Assembly: GCA_021399345.1 (NCBI GenBank)
Contig: JAAFKI010000108.1
Location: 1 to 17,274, forward strand
DNA from: Candidatus Heimdallarchaeota archaeon
GTDB taxonomy: Archaea > Asgardarchaeota > Heimdallarchaeia > Heimdallarchaeales > Heimdallarchaeaceae
Reading direction: 5' to 3'
DNA length: 17,274 bases
The notes beneath the pieces were generated by a model. That model was not told where the DNA came from, ran no database searches, and saw only the letters and a list, made by a program, of their open reading frames with translations. The translations under genes and the position numbers were made by a program. Below, piece by piece: positions 16,171 through 17,274 of this stretch; position 1 is the stretch's first letter; each line of letters starts with the position of its first letter.

Positions 16171-17118
16171 ATGAGCACACCAGAGGGATTTACAGATGTT
16201 CCTGAAGATTACGATCATTTATTGAAACAAGTAGAGATAGTTAAAGATCGAGAGAAAGTGGAGATGTTTTACGATCAAGGTTATTGGCCAATTCTGGCTA
16301 TTTTAAGAGAGGGGCGTTTATCAGTAAGAGAAATAACTGTTAAATCAAATCAACTTATTGAAAAAAGAGAATTACCCAAACTTAAAGAAAAATTAGAAAA
16401 TTGGGTAATTCCTGAAGATAAAGATGAATTAGAGAATCTTCTAAATAAAGTATCTGATTGGGAAATACTTCAGACTAAAGTCAAAAAGACTAAAGTCAAA
16501 AAGACTGAAGTCAAAAAGACTGAAGTCAAAGAGACTGAAGTCAAAAAGTATACTAGAGTTTTGACTGAAGACAAAATCAGTAGTTTAGTAAAAAAAGACA
16601 AATTCTCCAAAGAAGATGATAAACTTATTAGAGCTGTTTTGTTATTGTATAAACTTGACCATCACAAGAAATCAGATAAGACAATCTATCGATATATAAA
16701 CGAATTAACTCAAGCAGGTCTATTAATAAAAGCTGGTCAACGAGTAATTACTGGTAAAACAGCTACAGAAACACTGTATGCACGAAAAGCAAAAATTTTC
16801 CTTTTGCGTCAACAGGCCCACGATACCTGGAAATGTGATATATGTGAAGCTACACTTGAAAAAGTTGGTGCGCTTATTGGGTTATCTCAAAAAATTGATC
16901 AACCAACAGTAAACAGCTTAGCAAAACTTATGTCTAAAATAGATATGTTTCACGAAGAAGAACAAATTAGACTATTTGAACAAAATGAGAAGAAGGTTCT
17001 AGAAATCATTAAAGACTGTAGTTTTAAGGAAACGACACATATTTTAGAAACGTTCAAAATTATTTATCTGATGATGAACGCTCAAGAGTTTAAAGAAGAG
17101 CTAGAAGATTGCTGTTAA
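16171..17118 (+). CDS. Winged helix-turn-helix (ArsR-like) transcription regulator with a large internal insertion
   Basis: WPILAILREGRLSVREIT (helices 1-2), SDKTIYRYINELTQAGLL (recognition helix) and the wing GQRVITGKTATETLYARKA. SD-like AGGAG. Confidence 0.75.
   Translation: MSTPEGFTDVPEDYDHLLKQVEIVKDREKVEMFYDQGYWPILAILREGRLSVREITVKSNQLIEKRELPKLKEKLENWVIPEDKDELENLLNKVSDWEILQTKVKKTKVKKTEVKKTEVKETEVKKYTRVLTEDKISSLVKKDKFSKEDDKLIRAVLLLYKLDHHKKSDKTIYRYINELTQAGLLIKAGQRVITGKTATETLYARKAKIFLLRQQAHDTWKCDICEATLEKVGALIGLSQKIDQPTVNSLAKLMSKIDMFHEEEQIRLFEQNEKKVLEIIKDCSFKETTHILETFKIIYLMMNAQEFKEELEDCC
16472..16546 (+). repeat. In-frame 15-bp tandem repeat, 5 copies
   Basis: AGACT(A/G)AAGTCAAA(A/G) starting at 16472, 16487, 16502, 16517 and 16532, encoding TKVKK TKVKK TEVKK TEVKE TEVKK. 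A degenerate copy lies at ~16563-16576. Confidence 0.95.
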
Positions 17119-17171
17119 ATTAGTTTAAAATCTCTTCTTAACATTCTTATTTTTTATCCAGAGTAAGAAAA

Positions 17172-17274
17172 AAATATATCAAAAATCTTGTTAAAAATGG
17201 TTTTATTGCTCAAACAAGTCAAAGAGCTGTACTAGGGTAGAACACTTACAGAAGCACTTTTTACATGAACAGCA
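17172..17274 (+). pseudogene. Decayed fragment of a paralogous wHTH regulator, running to the window edge
   Basis: KYIKNLVKNGFIAQTSQRAVLG / +1 shift at ~17238 / RTLTEALFT*TA aligns with RYINELTQAGLLIKAGQRVITGKTATETLYARKA of 16171..17118 (12/34 identical by hand count). Confidence 0.8.

Noticed and set aside
16472-16546. CRISPR-like array
   Set aside because: Units are contiguous 15-mers with no spacers, in frame within a CDS, and there are no cas genes.
17110-17118. Terminal CC as a Rab-type prenylation signal
   Set aside because: The protein is a DNA-binding regulator and nothing in the window supports prenylation.

Overview
AT-rich prokaryotic chromosomal window with about 19 mostly monocistronic genes. 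TATA-like boxes ~22-38 nt before most start codons, GGTGA/GAGGTG Shine-Dalgarno motifs on a few genes and oligo-T tracts after genes point to an archaeon. The gene mix is reminiscent of Asgard/Heimdallarchaeia, which is inference only. Recognisable products: YegS/DAGK-family lipid kinase, class-I pyridine nucleotide-disulfide oxidoreductase, two DegV/FakB paralogues, GT-C-like membrane glycosyltransferase, HD hydrolase, SDR, GH127, class-I methyltransferase, an orphan ParB-type CTPase-fold protein and two winged-helix proteins. No rRNA, tRNA, CRISPR array, transposase or integrase was seen. Most notable: (1) a two-gene module of a small unknown protein plus ParB with a C-terminal Cys/His cluster, no adjacent ParA and clustered upstream palindromes; (2) an unannotated, largely synonymously diverged second copy of the kinase 3' end at 44-115; (3) two gap-free 87-aa paralogues divergent from a wHTH regulator whose HTH appears split by ~100 aa containing a 15-bp tandem repeat; (4) a frameshifted relic of a paralogous wHTH gene at the right edge.
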